Shown here in pieces: positions 28,581 through 36,905 of a DNA stretch of 64,000 bases. The notes below the pieces were generated by a model. It made no database searches. It was not told where the DNA came from and was given only the letters and a program-made list of their open reading frames with translations. The position numbers and the translations under genes are program-made. The stretch comes from a virus. The DNA is taken from IMG/VR virus record IMGVR_UViG_3300028384_000422, positions 19,858 through 83,857 of that record; one strand, written 5' to 3'. Each line of letters opens with the position of its first letter. Within the stretch, counting starts at the first letter, position 1.

Positions 28581-28620
28581 TTTTCCACATTTCCACAGAT
28601 TCCGCATATATTGTGGAAAA
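28581..28620. promoter_or_regulatory. Cluster of DnaA-box-like 9-mers
   Basis: TTTTCCACA 28581-28589, ATTTCCACA 28589-28597, GATTCCGCA 28598-28606, inverse TGTGGAAAA 28612-28620. Confidence 0.45.
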
Positions 28621-28636
28621 GTATCATTTAGGGCGT

Positions 28637-28945
28637 TTACGGTTGTTTCTCTGAAATTCTATCATGTGATCTCGCCATGAATTGAATAGGATCGAAGTTA
28701 GTTCCTTCATTGTTAGTTTGATGTATTGGAGTTGTTCTAACAATGTTGTGCCATTCTGATGAGTAGATGAGTAAACAGACGAAGTTTTGTTTGTGTCTGG
28801 AATGTTCTGCGATTTGTTTGGGTTTGTCATAAGTTCTGATGCATAGAGTTATGTACTCTGGGGAGATAAAATTGATGAACCCTTTGTGTTCTTTCCAGGT
28901 GATGTATTCTCCTTGTTTGAAGTCATCAACGGTTAGATTTTTCAT
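28637..28945 (-). CDS. Hypothetical early protein
   Basis: ORF track; GAGG RBS. Confidence 0.6.
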   Translation of the reverse strand: MKNLTVDDFKQGEYITWKEHKGFINFISPEYITLCIRTYDKPKQIAEHSRHKQNFVCLLIYSSEWHNIVRTTPIHQTNNEGTNFDPIQFMARSHDRISEKQP

Positions 28946-29025
28946 ATGCCCTCATTTCAATATAAAGGTCGTAATCGTCTGGGGATAGGATATCATCCCA
29001 ATCGCCATCATTGTCATCGTTGTAT

Positions 29026-29244
29026 TTACTTTGTTGAGGGATTTGTGAACTGTGAGAGAATGTCATCCAGTTGTTGTTTGAGTTCATTTCTGATAGTAAT
29101 GAGGGAAGAATTGTAGAGATGTTTGTTGTCTGTTTTGTAGAGAGATTTTGTGAGTTGGTCTATACTATCGATAGCACGTTCAAGTTCAACGACGTGCTTA
29201 TCTAGTTCCACTAATTCACTCCATTCGTATAAAACATGATGCAC
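29026..29244 (-). CDS. Hypothetical early protein (helical)
   Basis: ORF track. Confidence 0.5.
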   Translation of the reverse strand: MHHVLYEWSELVELDKHVVELERAIDSIDQLTKSLYKTDNKHLYNSSLITIRNELKQQLDDILSQFTNPSTK

Positions 29245-29381
29245 TATTCTTTACAGTAACTGTTATCTATTTTACATAGTTTTTGCAATTTTGCATCCTG
29301 AAGTTCTGAAACGTAGTTAATGACAGAAACACCGATGTTTGCACCGATGATGATAACGAGGGCAGCGAGGAATAGTCTCAT
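29244..29381 (-). CDS. Small membrane protein (45 aa)
   Basis: MRLFLAALVIIIGANIGVSVINYVSELQDAKLQKLCKIDNSYCKE; hydrophobic N-terminus; fills gap between ORFs. Confidence 0.5.
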   Translation of the reverse strand: MRLFLAALVIIIGANIGVSVINYVSELQDAKLQKLCKIDNSYCKE

Positions 29382-29511
29382 TTGTTGATGTGAATGATTG
29401 AAACTTTGAGAGTTTTGGGATCTAGAACTTTGATGTATTTGGGTTGTTTAGTGTTAGGGATAGTTGTGAACTGATTGAACCCAACACGACGAACAATAGT
29501 AGGAGTTTGCA

Positions 29512-29649
29512 TCAGAAAGTGATTTTAATTGTGTTGTCAGTGGGGCGGACGAATTCAGCAGCATCGTTGAGTACATCTGCTGTGAAGTGTCTCGCGTCGT
29601 TACTATTCCAGAGGAGAACGCCGATGATAGTGATGAGGACGAATTTCAT
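29512..29649 (-). CDS. Small membrane-anchored protein (45 aa)
   Basis: MKFVLITIIGVLLWNSNDARHFTADVL...; internal ATG of track ORF 29512..29712. Confidence 0.5.
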   Translation of the reverse strand: MKFVLITIIGVLLWNSNDARHFTADVLNDAAEFVRPTDNTIKITF

Positions 29650-29739
29650 TGGAAAGTGATGCAAACAGGGGATGAAATATGTAGAGGGGAGGTCTCGCGG
29701 CAGGAGACACAATTATATAAACCCTCTGTTGTGAATGTA

Positions 29740-30063
29740 TCAGGCGAAGATATAACCTTGCTCGAATTCTCTCACGACGTTGTTATCACGAATGAACCAC
29801 TCATAATTCTTCTGGAAAACACCATCAGTGACGCCATTACAGAACTCATTGATGATAGCATTGAGACGAGATTTAGTTGTAGTTGTTTGCCAACCACCAT
29901 CAAAGATCTCAAGGAAGTCATCACCCAAGACAGCAATTTTGTTACCGTGAAGACGAACAATAGAGGTGTTGTTTTCTTCGTTGAAGTGAACAGAAGTGTT
30001 ACCAGACTGCCAGTTCTTGTTGTTAGCGAGAGCAGCGTTCATTTGAGTTTCGATCTTACGCAT
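29740..30063 (-). CDS. Hypothetical early protein (107 aa)
   Basis: MRKIETQMNAAL...FDGGWQTTTTKSRLNAI; start moved to ATG 30063 because the track start lies inside the promoter. Confidence 0.7.
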   Translation of the reverse strand: MRKIETQMNAALANNKNWQSGNTSVHFNEENNTSIVRLHGNKIAVLGDDFLEIFDGGWQTTTTKSRLNAIINEFCNGVTDGVFQKNYEWFIRDNNVVREFEQGYIFA

Positions 30064-30176
30064 GATGAGAGAGTTGAGTGAATGTTTGGTGGGGTTGGTT
30101 TCCCTCCCCCTGATGTCTTTATTATAGGGCATAGGCGGGCGCTGTATACCACCTGTGTGCCAGTTTGTTGACTGTC

Positions 30177-30344
30177 CTAGTGTCGATCAGAAATGTTCCA
30201 CACGCCTGCGGGTGATGGATACGCCTGCCAATTACGCTTGGAGAGTGATTCTAATGCTGCCATGATTGCAGGATCTTTGAGACAATTGGGAGAGACTTTC
30301 ACAGCACCGTTGTACAACGGAATGAGGTTAGTTTTTTCTTTCAT
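30177..30344 (-). CDS. Hypothetical early protein (55 aa)
   Basis: MKEKTNLIPLYNGAVK...; ATG 1 nt after the upstream stop. Confidence 0.5.
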   Translation of the reverse strand: MKEKTNLIPLYNGAVKVSPNCLKDPAIMAALESLSKRNWQAYPSPAGVWNISDRH

Positions 30345-30345
30345 A

Positions 30346-30507
30346 TCACATACCATTGAGAAAATCGTGAAGTGCTTCTTCATACTCTTCATAAGAAGAA
30401 TAGCGATCACGCATAGAAGCGGGAATCTCTTTTTTAGCAGGTTTGTAACACTCTCGAACAGTGTAACCTTTGGATTCGATGTAATCAGTCAGATAGTTGT
30501 TTTGCAT
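30346..30507 (-). CDS. Hypothetical early protein (53 aa)
   Basis: Hand translation MQNNYLTDYIESKGYTVRECYKPAKKEIPASMRDRYSSYEEYEEALHDFLNGM. Confidence 0.55.
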   Translation of the reverse strand: MQNNYLTDYIESKGYTVRECYKPAKKEIPASMRDRYSSYEEYEEALHDFLNGM

Positions 30508-30522
30508 AATTCTTGTTAGTTA

Positions 30523-30774
30523 TCAGGCGAAGTTGTATTCGGTGCAGTTACGATTGTCGCAAGATTCCCAGGCATCATAGAACATATCCCATGCTTTATT
30601 ATCACAAACAAAGGAGGAACAATCTGCCATTTCACATACCCAATCGTATGCCATATCTGCATCAGCGTTAGTATCATCAACGAAGGCAGAAAGTTGCGCG
30701 ATTGCATCAACAAATGCAGAATCTTCGATGAGTGATTGGAACTGATTTTTCATGTTGTTTGCTTTGTTTTTCAT
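30523..30774 (-). CDS. Acidic hypothetical early protein
   Basis: ORF track; downstream of TTGAAA-N17-CATACT. Confidence 0.6.
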   Translation of the reverse strand: MKNKANNMKNQFQSLIEDSAFVDAIAQLSAFVDDTNADADMAYDWVCEMADCSSFVCDNKAWDMFYDAWESCDNRNCTEYNFA

Positions 30775-30862
30775 ACTAGTAGTATGGCACAGATTTGGGC
30801 ATTTTTCAAGGGGTGTTGTGCCAGTTTGTCAACTGGTTTTTTACCCCTTGATTTCTCTACAC

Positions 30863-31225
30863 TCACATGTAAAGATAACCGCCTGACCAATCACAACGGG
30901 CGAAACATTCTTCGCGGGAGTTATCATCTAGCAGTGTGAAGCGGATGTGCTTAGCGGGCGCTTTCCATGATGCTGGTTTATACACAGCACCAAACTTCTT
31001 CTCTACAAATGCATGAACAGACTTAGAACCGTTCTCACATTCCATCACAATTTTGTGATACTTTCTACCACTTTCAATGTAAAACTTGTAGTCCAGTTTT
31101 CTACCACCTTTGTAGAAATCTTGGGTCAATGCTTCACAAAGCATTTCAGAGTACTTGAGAACGAGTGCGAGATTGTCCATGCGTTGTTGTTGAGTAGCGG
31201 CGAAATCAGCGAAGGATTGTTTCAT
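30863..31225 (-). CDS. Phage early protein of unknown function
   Basis: GRKYHKIV...SVHAFVEK..GAVYKPASWKAPAKHIR, a motif I recognise from other phage genomes. Confidence 0.7.
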   Translation of the reverse strand: MKQSFADFAATQQQRMDNLALVLKYSEMLCEALTQDFYKGGRKLDYKFYIESGRKYHKIVMECENGSKSVHAFVEKKFGAVYKPASWKAPAKHIRFTLLDDNSREECFARCDWSGGYLYM

Positions 31226-31228
31226 AAA

Positions 31229-31501
31229 TCAACCCACACATGCCATGGGAGCATACTCTTCACGAGGCATTTTGTCGGTGTTGTAGTCAGTAACCTCAGC
31301 ACCCTTAGCAATACGCGAAGCAACCTCATGTTTGAAGTCAGTTGCACCAATAACGCTGTAGGATTTCATACCATTAGCACGGAAAGTGACACGCTTGATG
31401 AAACGTTTGACGACAACTTTCATGCCCTTAACTTCACATGCCTCAGCAATAAATGCCTCAGGGAAGAAGTCAACAATGGTGGCGGAGTTAGTAAGTTGCA
31501 T
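31229..31501 (-). CDS. Hypothetical early protein
   Basis: ORF track; AAAGGA RBS; own promoter cassette. Confidence 0.7.
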   Translation of the reverse strand: MQLTNSATIVDFFPEAFIAEACEVKGMKVVVKRFIKRVTFRANGMKSYSVIGATDFKHEVASRIAKGAEVTDYNTDKMPREEYAPMACVG

Positions 31502-31593
31502 TTGGTGCTGTTCCTTTGACTCTTATAGAATACACGAGATTGACGCGGAATCAACCAGTAGTGGACACTTTGACCAACTGGCACACGCGGAGT

Positions 31594-31833
31594 TTAATTC
31601 TCTTCTCTCTCCTCTGTAAGATCAGGAGCGAAGATAAACTCAAAGTCAACATCTTGAGGATCTACACCATCAACAACCCACTCTTCATAGCAGGCGCAAG
31701 CATCAAACTTGTCACCATTTTCAGCATTGTTTACCATAGAACGAAAGTACAATTGTGCCATCTGATCGATCATATGATCACGATCATTGGTGTTGTCGTT
31801 GTGGCAAAAGAGATCGAGAGTTGTGTCAAACAT
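31594..31833 (-). CDS. Acidic hypothetical early protein
   Basis: ORF track. Confidence 0.6.
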   Translation of the reverse strand: MFDTTLDLFCHNDNTNDRDHMIDQMAQLYFRSMVNNAENGDKFDACACYEEWVVDGVDPQDVDFEFIFAPDLTEEREEN

Positions 31834-31835
31834 GA

Positions 31836-32048
31836 TTATTCAGAAAGAGGGGATTCGCGTTTGCAAATTGAGTTTTTACCTTTTAATACGTCATCGACGT
31901 AGTTACTAACGGGATTGCGTGGTTTCATCAATTCTCTCATGGTTTCTTCGTCCAGAGAGTATTCTAAACCCAGATCTTCGTTGAACCAAAAGTCCTGCCA
32001 ATCCTCGGGTAAGTCAGTAACATCTTCGATGTTCTTTTTATCAGTCAT
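31836..32048 (-). CDS. Acidic hypothetical early protein
   Basis: ORF track. Confidence 0.55.
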   Translation of the reverse strand: MTDKKNIEDVTDLPEDWQDFWFNEDLGLEYSLDEETMRELMKPRNPVSNYVDDVLKGKNSICKRESPLSE

Positions 32049-32213
32049 TTTTTACATTTAGTGTTTGTTGCATTGTGATACCACGAGCAGCAAAAGCATC
32101 CGAGACGATACCACATAGCGCAGTGATTTCAAAATTACTCAGTTCCCAAACATCTCCCACAAGTTCAATTTGTTCCTGAATTTCGTTGCTGAGTTGTAGT
32201 GCTTCAAAGTTGT

Positions 32214-32402
32214 TCATTTTAGTGCTTCAACCTCGTAACGAATTTGGTTTGGATAGGTTTTTTGTGCCCATTTTAGCACTCGATTGTTTTGTGCTTTGAT
32301 GCCCTTATGTGTTGTTGGTTTGGTGGGCATTGTCCGAGAGACTTGCATCATTGTGAACTCATCATAGAGTCGCACGAGATACGTTTGAGTGTTACTTTTC
32401 AT
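32214..32402 (-). CDS. Basic hypothetical early protein
   Basis: ORF track. Confidence 0.55.
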   Translation of the reverse strand: MKSNTQTYLVRLYDEFTMMQVSRTMPTKPTTHKGIKAQNNRVLKWAQKTYPNQIRYEVEALK

Positions 32403-32411
32403 AGGTCGAAA

Positions 32412-32618
32412 TTACCCTCCGAAGTTGTCATCCATAAAGGCAGAGTCTTGTCCGATTCCATCATCATCACCGAACATTTCACGCCAGAGATCCATCGACC
32501 CAGTTTTTTCAGCAACAATTTTGGTGTTTTCAATGAAGTCATCAGTGTTAGATAGTGCGAGAATTTCGGGACCTGAGAGAGTAGAGCAGATGCGACCGTT
32601 TGGACCTTTGAAAAGCAT
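32412..32618 (-). CDS. Hypothetical early protein (68 aa)
   Basis: Start reassigned to the ATG after the AAAGGA RBS (MLFKGPNGRIC...). Confidence 0.6.
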   Translation of the reverse strand: MLFKGPNGRICSTLSGPEILALSNTDDFIENTKIVAEKTGSMDLWREMFGDDDGIGQDSAFMDDNFGG

Positions 32619-32874
32619 GTGTGGTGTTCCTTTGACTCTTATACAATACACGATTTTAAGGCACCTACAAGCGCCTGTGTGGCGCTTTGTCAGGTGTCAC
32701 AGTATCAGAAGACCGTTGTCCATTGTTTATGCTTTCATTGTGCGAGATTCCAGAAACGTTGAGAAGCGATTGTTGCCTGTTGTTCAATAGGCAATTCAGG
32801 ATATTCTTCCTGAACTTGTTCAAAAAGAGATTCCATGATCTCTTCGTTTGTGTTACATGACATAAGTTTTTCCA

Positions 32875-33063
32875 TCAGAAAGGGTTGCTCCATGTCTCGT
32901 ACTGTTTCAGGGTGATGTCACCACTCTTGCAGAGCATATCAGTGAAGTTACCGAACGCAATACGCTTGCGAATCTTATCACTTTTGTAGGAAGGATTGGC
33001 GAGACATTCCACCTTCCAGTTGTAGCGGAACTGTTCGAGAACTTGTGCTTTTGTGTGGCGCAT
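32875..33063 (-). CDS. Hypothetical early protein (62 aa)
   Basis: MRHTKAQVLEQFRYNW...FTDMLCKSGDITLKQYETWSNPF; start reassigned downstream of the promoter. Confidence 0.65.
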   Translation of the reverse strand: MRHTKAQVLEQFRYNWKVECLANPSYKSDKIRKRIAFGNFTDMLCKSGDITLKQYETWSNPF

Positions 33064-33148
33064 GGTTGATTGCTTGACTATGAACATAGTATGACACGGA
33101 ATCGGACCCAATGGGGCGATCAGTGGACACTTTGACCAACTGGCACAG

Positions 33149-33349
33149 TCACCCCCAGATTTCCATATACTCTTCTAGGGTAAAATGTTCATCAGTTGAT
33201 GTCTCTTCGATGATTTCTTCGATTGACATGTTAATCAAGTCCTCACGATATTCTTCGGGAGTTTGATCATCAGGATCATAATCATCATGGCAGAGATATT
33301 CCCACTCTGCCACGATTGCATCGATGAGTTGTGCTTTTGTGTAGTTCAT
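33149..33349 (-). CDS. Very acidic small protein
   Basis: ORF track; 21 D/E versus 2 K/R in 66 aa. Confidence 0.65.
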   Translation of the reverse strand: MNYTKAQLIDAIVAEWEYLCHDDYDPDDQTPEEYREDLINMSIEEIIEETSTDEHFTLEEYMEIWG

Positions 33350-33351
33350 AA

Positions 33352-34593
33352 TCAGCAGTAGGCAAGAGGAGGAACGCCCTCCAAGAATATTTGATTGACA
33401 ACATTTTGCAAACGTTGTGCAATAGCGTTGCCCATTTTGTAACCGATAGGCATACTCACAATGCCCTCACTTTTCTTGTAAAGATGAAACGCACCAGCAG
33501 GAATACGTCCCTCAGCAACAGCAGCGCGATCATCTTTATGAACACGGATAACACGACCGATTGTCTGTGCCATCTCAACGATGGGAAGATTACGGAGGAG
33601 AATAGTGTGAGTCAACCCAGGCACATTGATGCCCTCACTGAGAATAGAATAGTGGAAGATCACAAACCTTTTAGTGTCATCAGCACCCCAAGACTGGAGC
33701 ACGTTGAAGAACTCTTCGCGACCAACTTTCTTGCCGTTGATGATAGCACCGAACTTGCTGGTGATGTGCATCACGTCATAACCATTGTTCTTGAAATACT
33801 CAAGAATGTCAGTCTGTCCGAGCATATTACCCAGCACTTTGCTGGATGGTGCAGACACCAAAACTTTGGGGTTCTGAGCATCATCGAGTTGCTCAAACAT
33901 ATCCTTCAAGTTGTCAGCATCAACATCGTGTGCATTATGCTTAGTGCGAATACGATTGGTCTCAAACGGTACAACTTTAGGGGGAACGATTGCACCACTA
34001 GCGATGAGTTCCTGTGCAGGAACATTGCAGAGAGTGCCACCCCAAACATCGGTGTTATTCATGCCGCGAGCAACACTTACACCACGACCAGTTTTAGGTG
34101 TTGCAGTGAAATAATACCTGCGCTTAGCATACTGAGCAGTAGCAAAGACGCTACGGAAGAAACTTTTTGCGGTGCCATTGTGTGCTTCATCAAAATAAAT
34201 GGTGTCGATATTGATACCACTATCTACAACGCGGTGCAGAGAATGGTAGGTTGTGAATATAATGCAGGACTCACTCGCTGCCCACGCAGTGTTAGAGAAC
34301 AGAGCAATCTTATCACTCTTAGTGCTACTGAAATAGTGCGTTTCACCACTGTGAGCATGACAAACATGCGTCCAAGTTGCGCTCACAAACTGCATAAACT
34401 CTTCGCACAATTGATTAGCGAGGAGAATACGCGGAGCAACTACAACAATAGTTTTACGACCAGACTTTAGTTGGTTGATTGTATCGGCAATCATGATATA
34501 GGTCTTGCCGCCACCAGTAGGAACGATGATTTGACCTGCATTGTTTGCTTGCATAGCATCAAATGCACGTTGCTGATGAGGACGAAGGTTCAT
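33352..34593 (-). CDS. Superfamily 2 (DExH) helicase, ResIII-like
   Basis: Q-motif LRPHQ, Walker A PTGGGKT, Ia APRILLANQ, DEAH, TATP, SEGINVP, QTIGRVIR. Confidence 0.88.
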   Translation of the reverse strand: MNLRPHQQRAFDAMQANNAGQIIVPTGGGKTYIMIADTINQLKSGRKTIVVVAPRILLANQLCEEFMQFVSATWTHVCHAHSGETHYFSSTKSDKIALFSNTAWAASESCIIFTTYHSLHRVVDSGINIDTIYFDEAHNGTAKSFFRSVFATAQYAKRRYYFTATPKTGRGVSVARGMNNTDVWGGTLCNVPAQELIASGAIVPPKVVPFETNRIRTKHNAHDVDADNLKDMFEQLDDAQNPKVLVSAPSSKVLGNMLGQTDILEYFKNNGYDVMHITSKFGAIINGKKVGREEFFNVLQSWGADDTKRFVIFHYSILSEGINVPGLTHTILLRNLPIVEMAQTIGRVIRVHKDDRAAVAEGRIPAGAFHLYKKSEGIVSMPIGYKMGNAIAQRLQNVVNQIFLEGVPPLAYC

Positions 34594-34626
34594 GTGATCG
34601 CTTGACTATGAATATAGTATCGCATG

Positions 34627-34651
34627 AAAAAAGACCCCTGTCAAGGAGTCT
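34627..34651 (-). terminator. Intrinsic terminator-like hairpin with a -35 hexamer (TTGACA) in its loop
   Basis: AGACTCC-TTGACA-GGGGTCT followed by a T run on the minus strand. Confidence 0.6.
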
Positions 34652-34658
34652 GTGTCAG

Positions 34659-34814
34659 TTATGCAGGTGTCACATCCCACTCATCCGTGGGCACCATTGT
34701 TTTAATTACATGCTCAACATTGTCAATGCCGTAAACAATAACTGATTGTTTTGAAGTGAATCCATTGACTTTCTTTTGTCGTCTCCATGATACACGCCAG
34801 CGATCTTTGCTCAT
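34659..34814 (-). CDS. Hypothetical protein (51 aa)
   Basis: MSKDRWRVSWRRQKKVNGFTSKQSVIVYGIDNVEHVIKTMVPTDEWDVTPA; ATGA overlap with upstream ORF. Confidence 0.55.
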   Translation of the reverse strand: MSKDRWRVSWRRQKKVNGFTSKQSVIVYGIDNVEHVIKTMVPTDEWDVTPA

Positions 34815-34999
34815 GATTTAATCTCCCAGTCAGGATCATTTTTAGGGTGAACCCATAGTTCCATTCCACTATTGGGATGGTACAAGTGCCATTTATCTTT
34901 GCGATCAGTCACATAGGCATAAGGATCACGTCTCAAATCATAGGTGAAGATCTTGTTTGCCATGCGACTTTTCGCAATTAACTTAACACGAGATGCCAT
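34811..34999 (-). CDS. Hypothetical protein
   Basis: ORF track; GAGG RBS. Confidence 0.6.
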   Translation of the reverse strand: MASRVKLIAKSRMANKIFTYDLRRDPYAYVTDRKDKWHLYHPNSGMELWVHPKNDPDWEIKS

Positions 35000-35094
35000 C
35001 GATTACCTCTGATTCTTCACCTAATACGGATGCAATCCAATCATCTTCAGGTGCTTGAACCATGTCATGTTCATCCCATTCGATGTCAAATTCT

Positions 35095-35265
35095 TCATTG
35101 TACATACTGTCCAAAACCTCCACGTTGTTCAATGTTTGCACGGCGTTCAACATCAAGAAATTGACGCCTTTTCTTTTTCAGTGTGTGAATCTCATCCTCA
35201 GTATAGTTCTCAGGATGCTTTAAGCAATGGTTGATTTGTTTCGTTAGTTTCTTTAGCGATGACAT
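35095..35265 (-). CDS. Hypothetical protein (56 aa)
   Basis: MSSLKKLTKQINHCLKHPENYTEDEIHTLKKKRRQ...GGFGQYVQ. Confidence 0.5.
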   Translation of the reverse strand: MSSLKKLTKQINHCLKHPENYTEDEIHTLKKKRRQFLDVERRANIEQRGGFGQYVQ

Positions 35266-35282
35266 TGTTAATATACACGGGG

Positions 35283-35915
35283 TTAGTCTTCTTGTCCAGC
35301 ATCTTGTGCAGGTTGTTGTGCTGGCATAACGTTAAAGTTTGCACTGATTGTAATTCTAGTTTCAGTGCCACGATGAGGTGACACTAAGTGCAAATAATGT
35401 GCTGGAAAAATGATAACATCTCCCTTCTTTACTTCGGGAACTGTTACCTGCTGTGTTGGTGCATTTAATACATCAAGTCCCTGAGATTTATACAGTTGAT
35501 GTTCAGTGTTGATGAACTTAAATGCACATCCATCATCATCATTTATAGTATGGAAGTACACCATACTCAGATTATTTCTTGGATCACAGTGATCGTGTGC
35601 TTCCTGTGAATCGCCTGAGTTATATTTACTAACCCATGCATTCATTGGCAGGATTTCAATATCAGTTTGTGATCCGACTTCTTCGATAAACTTATCAAAG
35701 ATTGGACGAATTACGTCCAACCACTCACCATAAGGTGCAGATTCATCAGGTTGAGTGGACCAAGATGTCTGCACATTACAATTCCAATCCTCAGGTTGAT
35801 GAAAGTTATTTTCGTTTGAGATATACTCACGAAACAACTCATCAATGATTAGTTGAGACCTAGTTCCTAACTGAGATTGGAAATACCACTTAGGATTGAA
35901 AACTTGAATAGTCAT
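35283..35915 (-). CDS. 2OG-Fe(II) oxygenase family protein
   Basis: AWVSKY...HDH...LSMVYF...GDVIIFPAHYLHLVSPH...RITISANF (HxH...H...RxxxS). Confidence 0.85.
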   Translation of the reverse strand: MTIQVFNPKWYFQSQLGTRSQLIIDELFREYISNENNFHQPEDWNCNVQTSWSTQPDESAPYGEWLDVIRPIFDKFIEEVGSQTDIEILPMNAWVSKYNSGDSQEAHDHCDPRNNLSMVYFHTINDDDGCAFKFINTEHQLYKSQGLDVLNAPTQQVTVPEVKKGDVIIFPAHYLHLVSPHRGTETRITISANFNVMPAQQPAQDAGQED

Positions 35916-36103
35916 CGATAAAGGTCAGTCAAATGTAATTTGTCAACAATACCTTCAACCTCTTTCATTTTGGTAAGGTATGAAGATTCAGGGATCATTT
36001 TATCCCTATAGTATCGTTTCTGCAAGTCAGAGACATAAAGAAACAATGCATCTTTTAAGATCATTTTCTCATCAGAGTCAAGGATTGCGGAGTGAAGTAT
36101 CAT
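35912..36103 (-). CDS. Hypothetical protein
   Basis: ORF track; AGGAG RBS; ATGA overlap with the oxygenase. Confidence 0.65.
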   Translation of the reverse strand: MILHSAILDSDEKMILKDALFLYVSDLQKRYYRDKMIPESSYLTKMKEVEGIVDKLHLTDLYR

Positions 36104-36106
36104 TGA

Positions 36107-36280
36107 TTATCTCCTTAGAGTTTTGAGATAGTCAAGCACATAACTCCTGATGTACATGAGTTCATGGTAACATTTTTGATTGTGAGCACATTGACGCAAT
36201 TCATGATCAGGTTTGTGAACCGATTCCATGAAAAGGTCTAGTCCTCTATTAAATTTTTCGTGTTGAGATTCTCCGTCCAT
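36107..36280 (-). CDS. Hypothetical protein (57 aa)
   Basis: MDGESQHEKFNRGLDLFMESVHKPDHELRQCAHNQKCYHELMYIRSYVLDYLKTLRR. Confidence 0.6.
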   Translation of the reverse strand: MDGESQHEKFNRGLDLFMESVHKPDHELRQCAHNQKCYHELMYIRSYVLDYLKTLRR

Positions 36281-36371
36281 GATTCATACTGAGTGAGTGT
36301 AATCGAGGTCGTAGTCTACCTCAGAATAGTCATCAAATTCTAGTTCTTCATATTCTTTTTCCATTTCATAA

Positions 36372-36569
36372 TCAATGCCACCCATCGTTATCATAGTCTG
36401 TGTCGATGTTCTTTCGACCTTTCTTTGATCCTTTGGTTGAGAAGTTTTCGTCATTGTTGTCTCCCCAGTTTGAACGATTGGTGCCACCTTTTGAACGCTT
36501 GTCACGAATGGATTTGCCGAAGGAATAGTATCCTCGCTCGTCTCCACCCCGCCGATAAGTCTTGCCCAT
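36372..36569 (-). CDS. Basic, low-complexity hypothetical protein
   Basis: ORF track (MGKTYRRGG...). Confidence 0.55.
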   Translation of the reverse strand: MGKTYRRGGDERGYYSFGKSIRDKRSKGGTNRSNWGDNNDENFSTKGSKKGRKNIDTDYDNDGWH

Positions 36570-36613
36570 GAGTTTGAAACGTGAACGAATAGTAAACTAC
36601 AGTGTTATATATC

Positions 36614-36829
36614 TCAGTCGATGTTACGATAAATGGATGCATATTCATCCTTATCGCTAGTATCTTCTGGGATAGGGAACACTTGAGTATGCAATTCTTC
36701 AAAGCAATAACCTACACCCTTCAAGAAGTCTTGCGTCTTCTCTACTACTTCAGGGAGCAAAGTTGCTTCAAATTCTTTAGTTGTGACAGTAGAATCCTCA
36801 TCAGTACAGATGAGAGTGAATTGAGGCAT
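36614..36829 (-). CDS. Hypothetical early protein
   Basis: ORF track; GGAG RBS; first gene after the promoter at ~36850-36909. Confidence 0.7.
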   Translation of the reverse strand: MPQFTLICTDEDSTVTTKEFEATLLPEVVEKTQDFLKGVGYCFEELHTQVFPIPEDTSDKDEYASIYRNID

Positions 36830-36862
36830 GGTTCTCCGTTGAATACCCCAGTATCATATCAC

Positions 36863-36887
36863 AAAAAAAGGGGGTTGTATACCCCCT
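36863..36887 (-). terminator. Intrinsic terminator closing the late fibre operon, embedded in the first early promoter
   Basis: 7-bp stem AGGGGGT/ACCCCCT, 5-nt loop, then a T run on the minus strand. Confidence 0.75.
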
Positions 36888-36905
36888 GTGCCACCTCTGT
36901 AAGCG

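Noticed and set aside
33391-34470. 359-aa plus-strand ORF antisense to the helicase
   Set aside because: Shadow ORF from codon bias of the helicase; no recognisable motifs or RBS
36284-36547. 87-aa track ORF
   Set aside because: Mostly overlaps the 65-aa gene; only the last 26 codons from ATG 36364 look plausible
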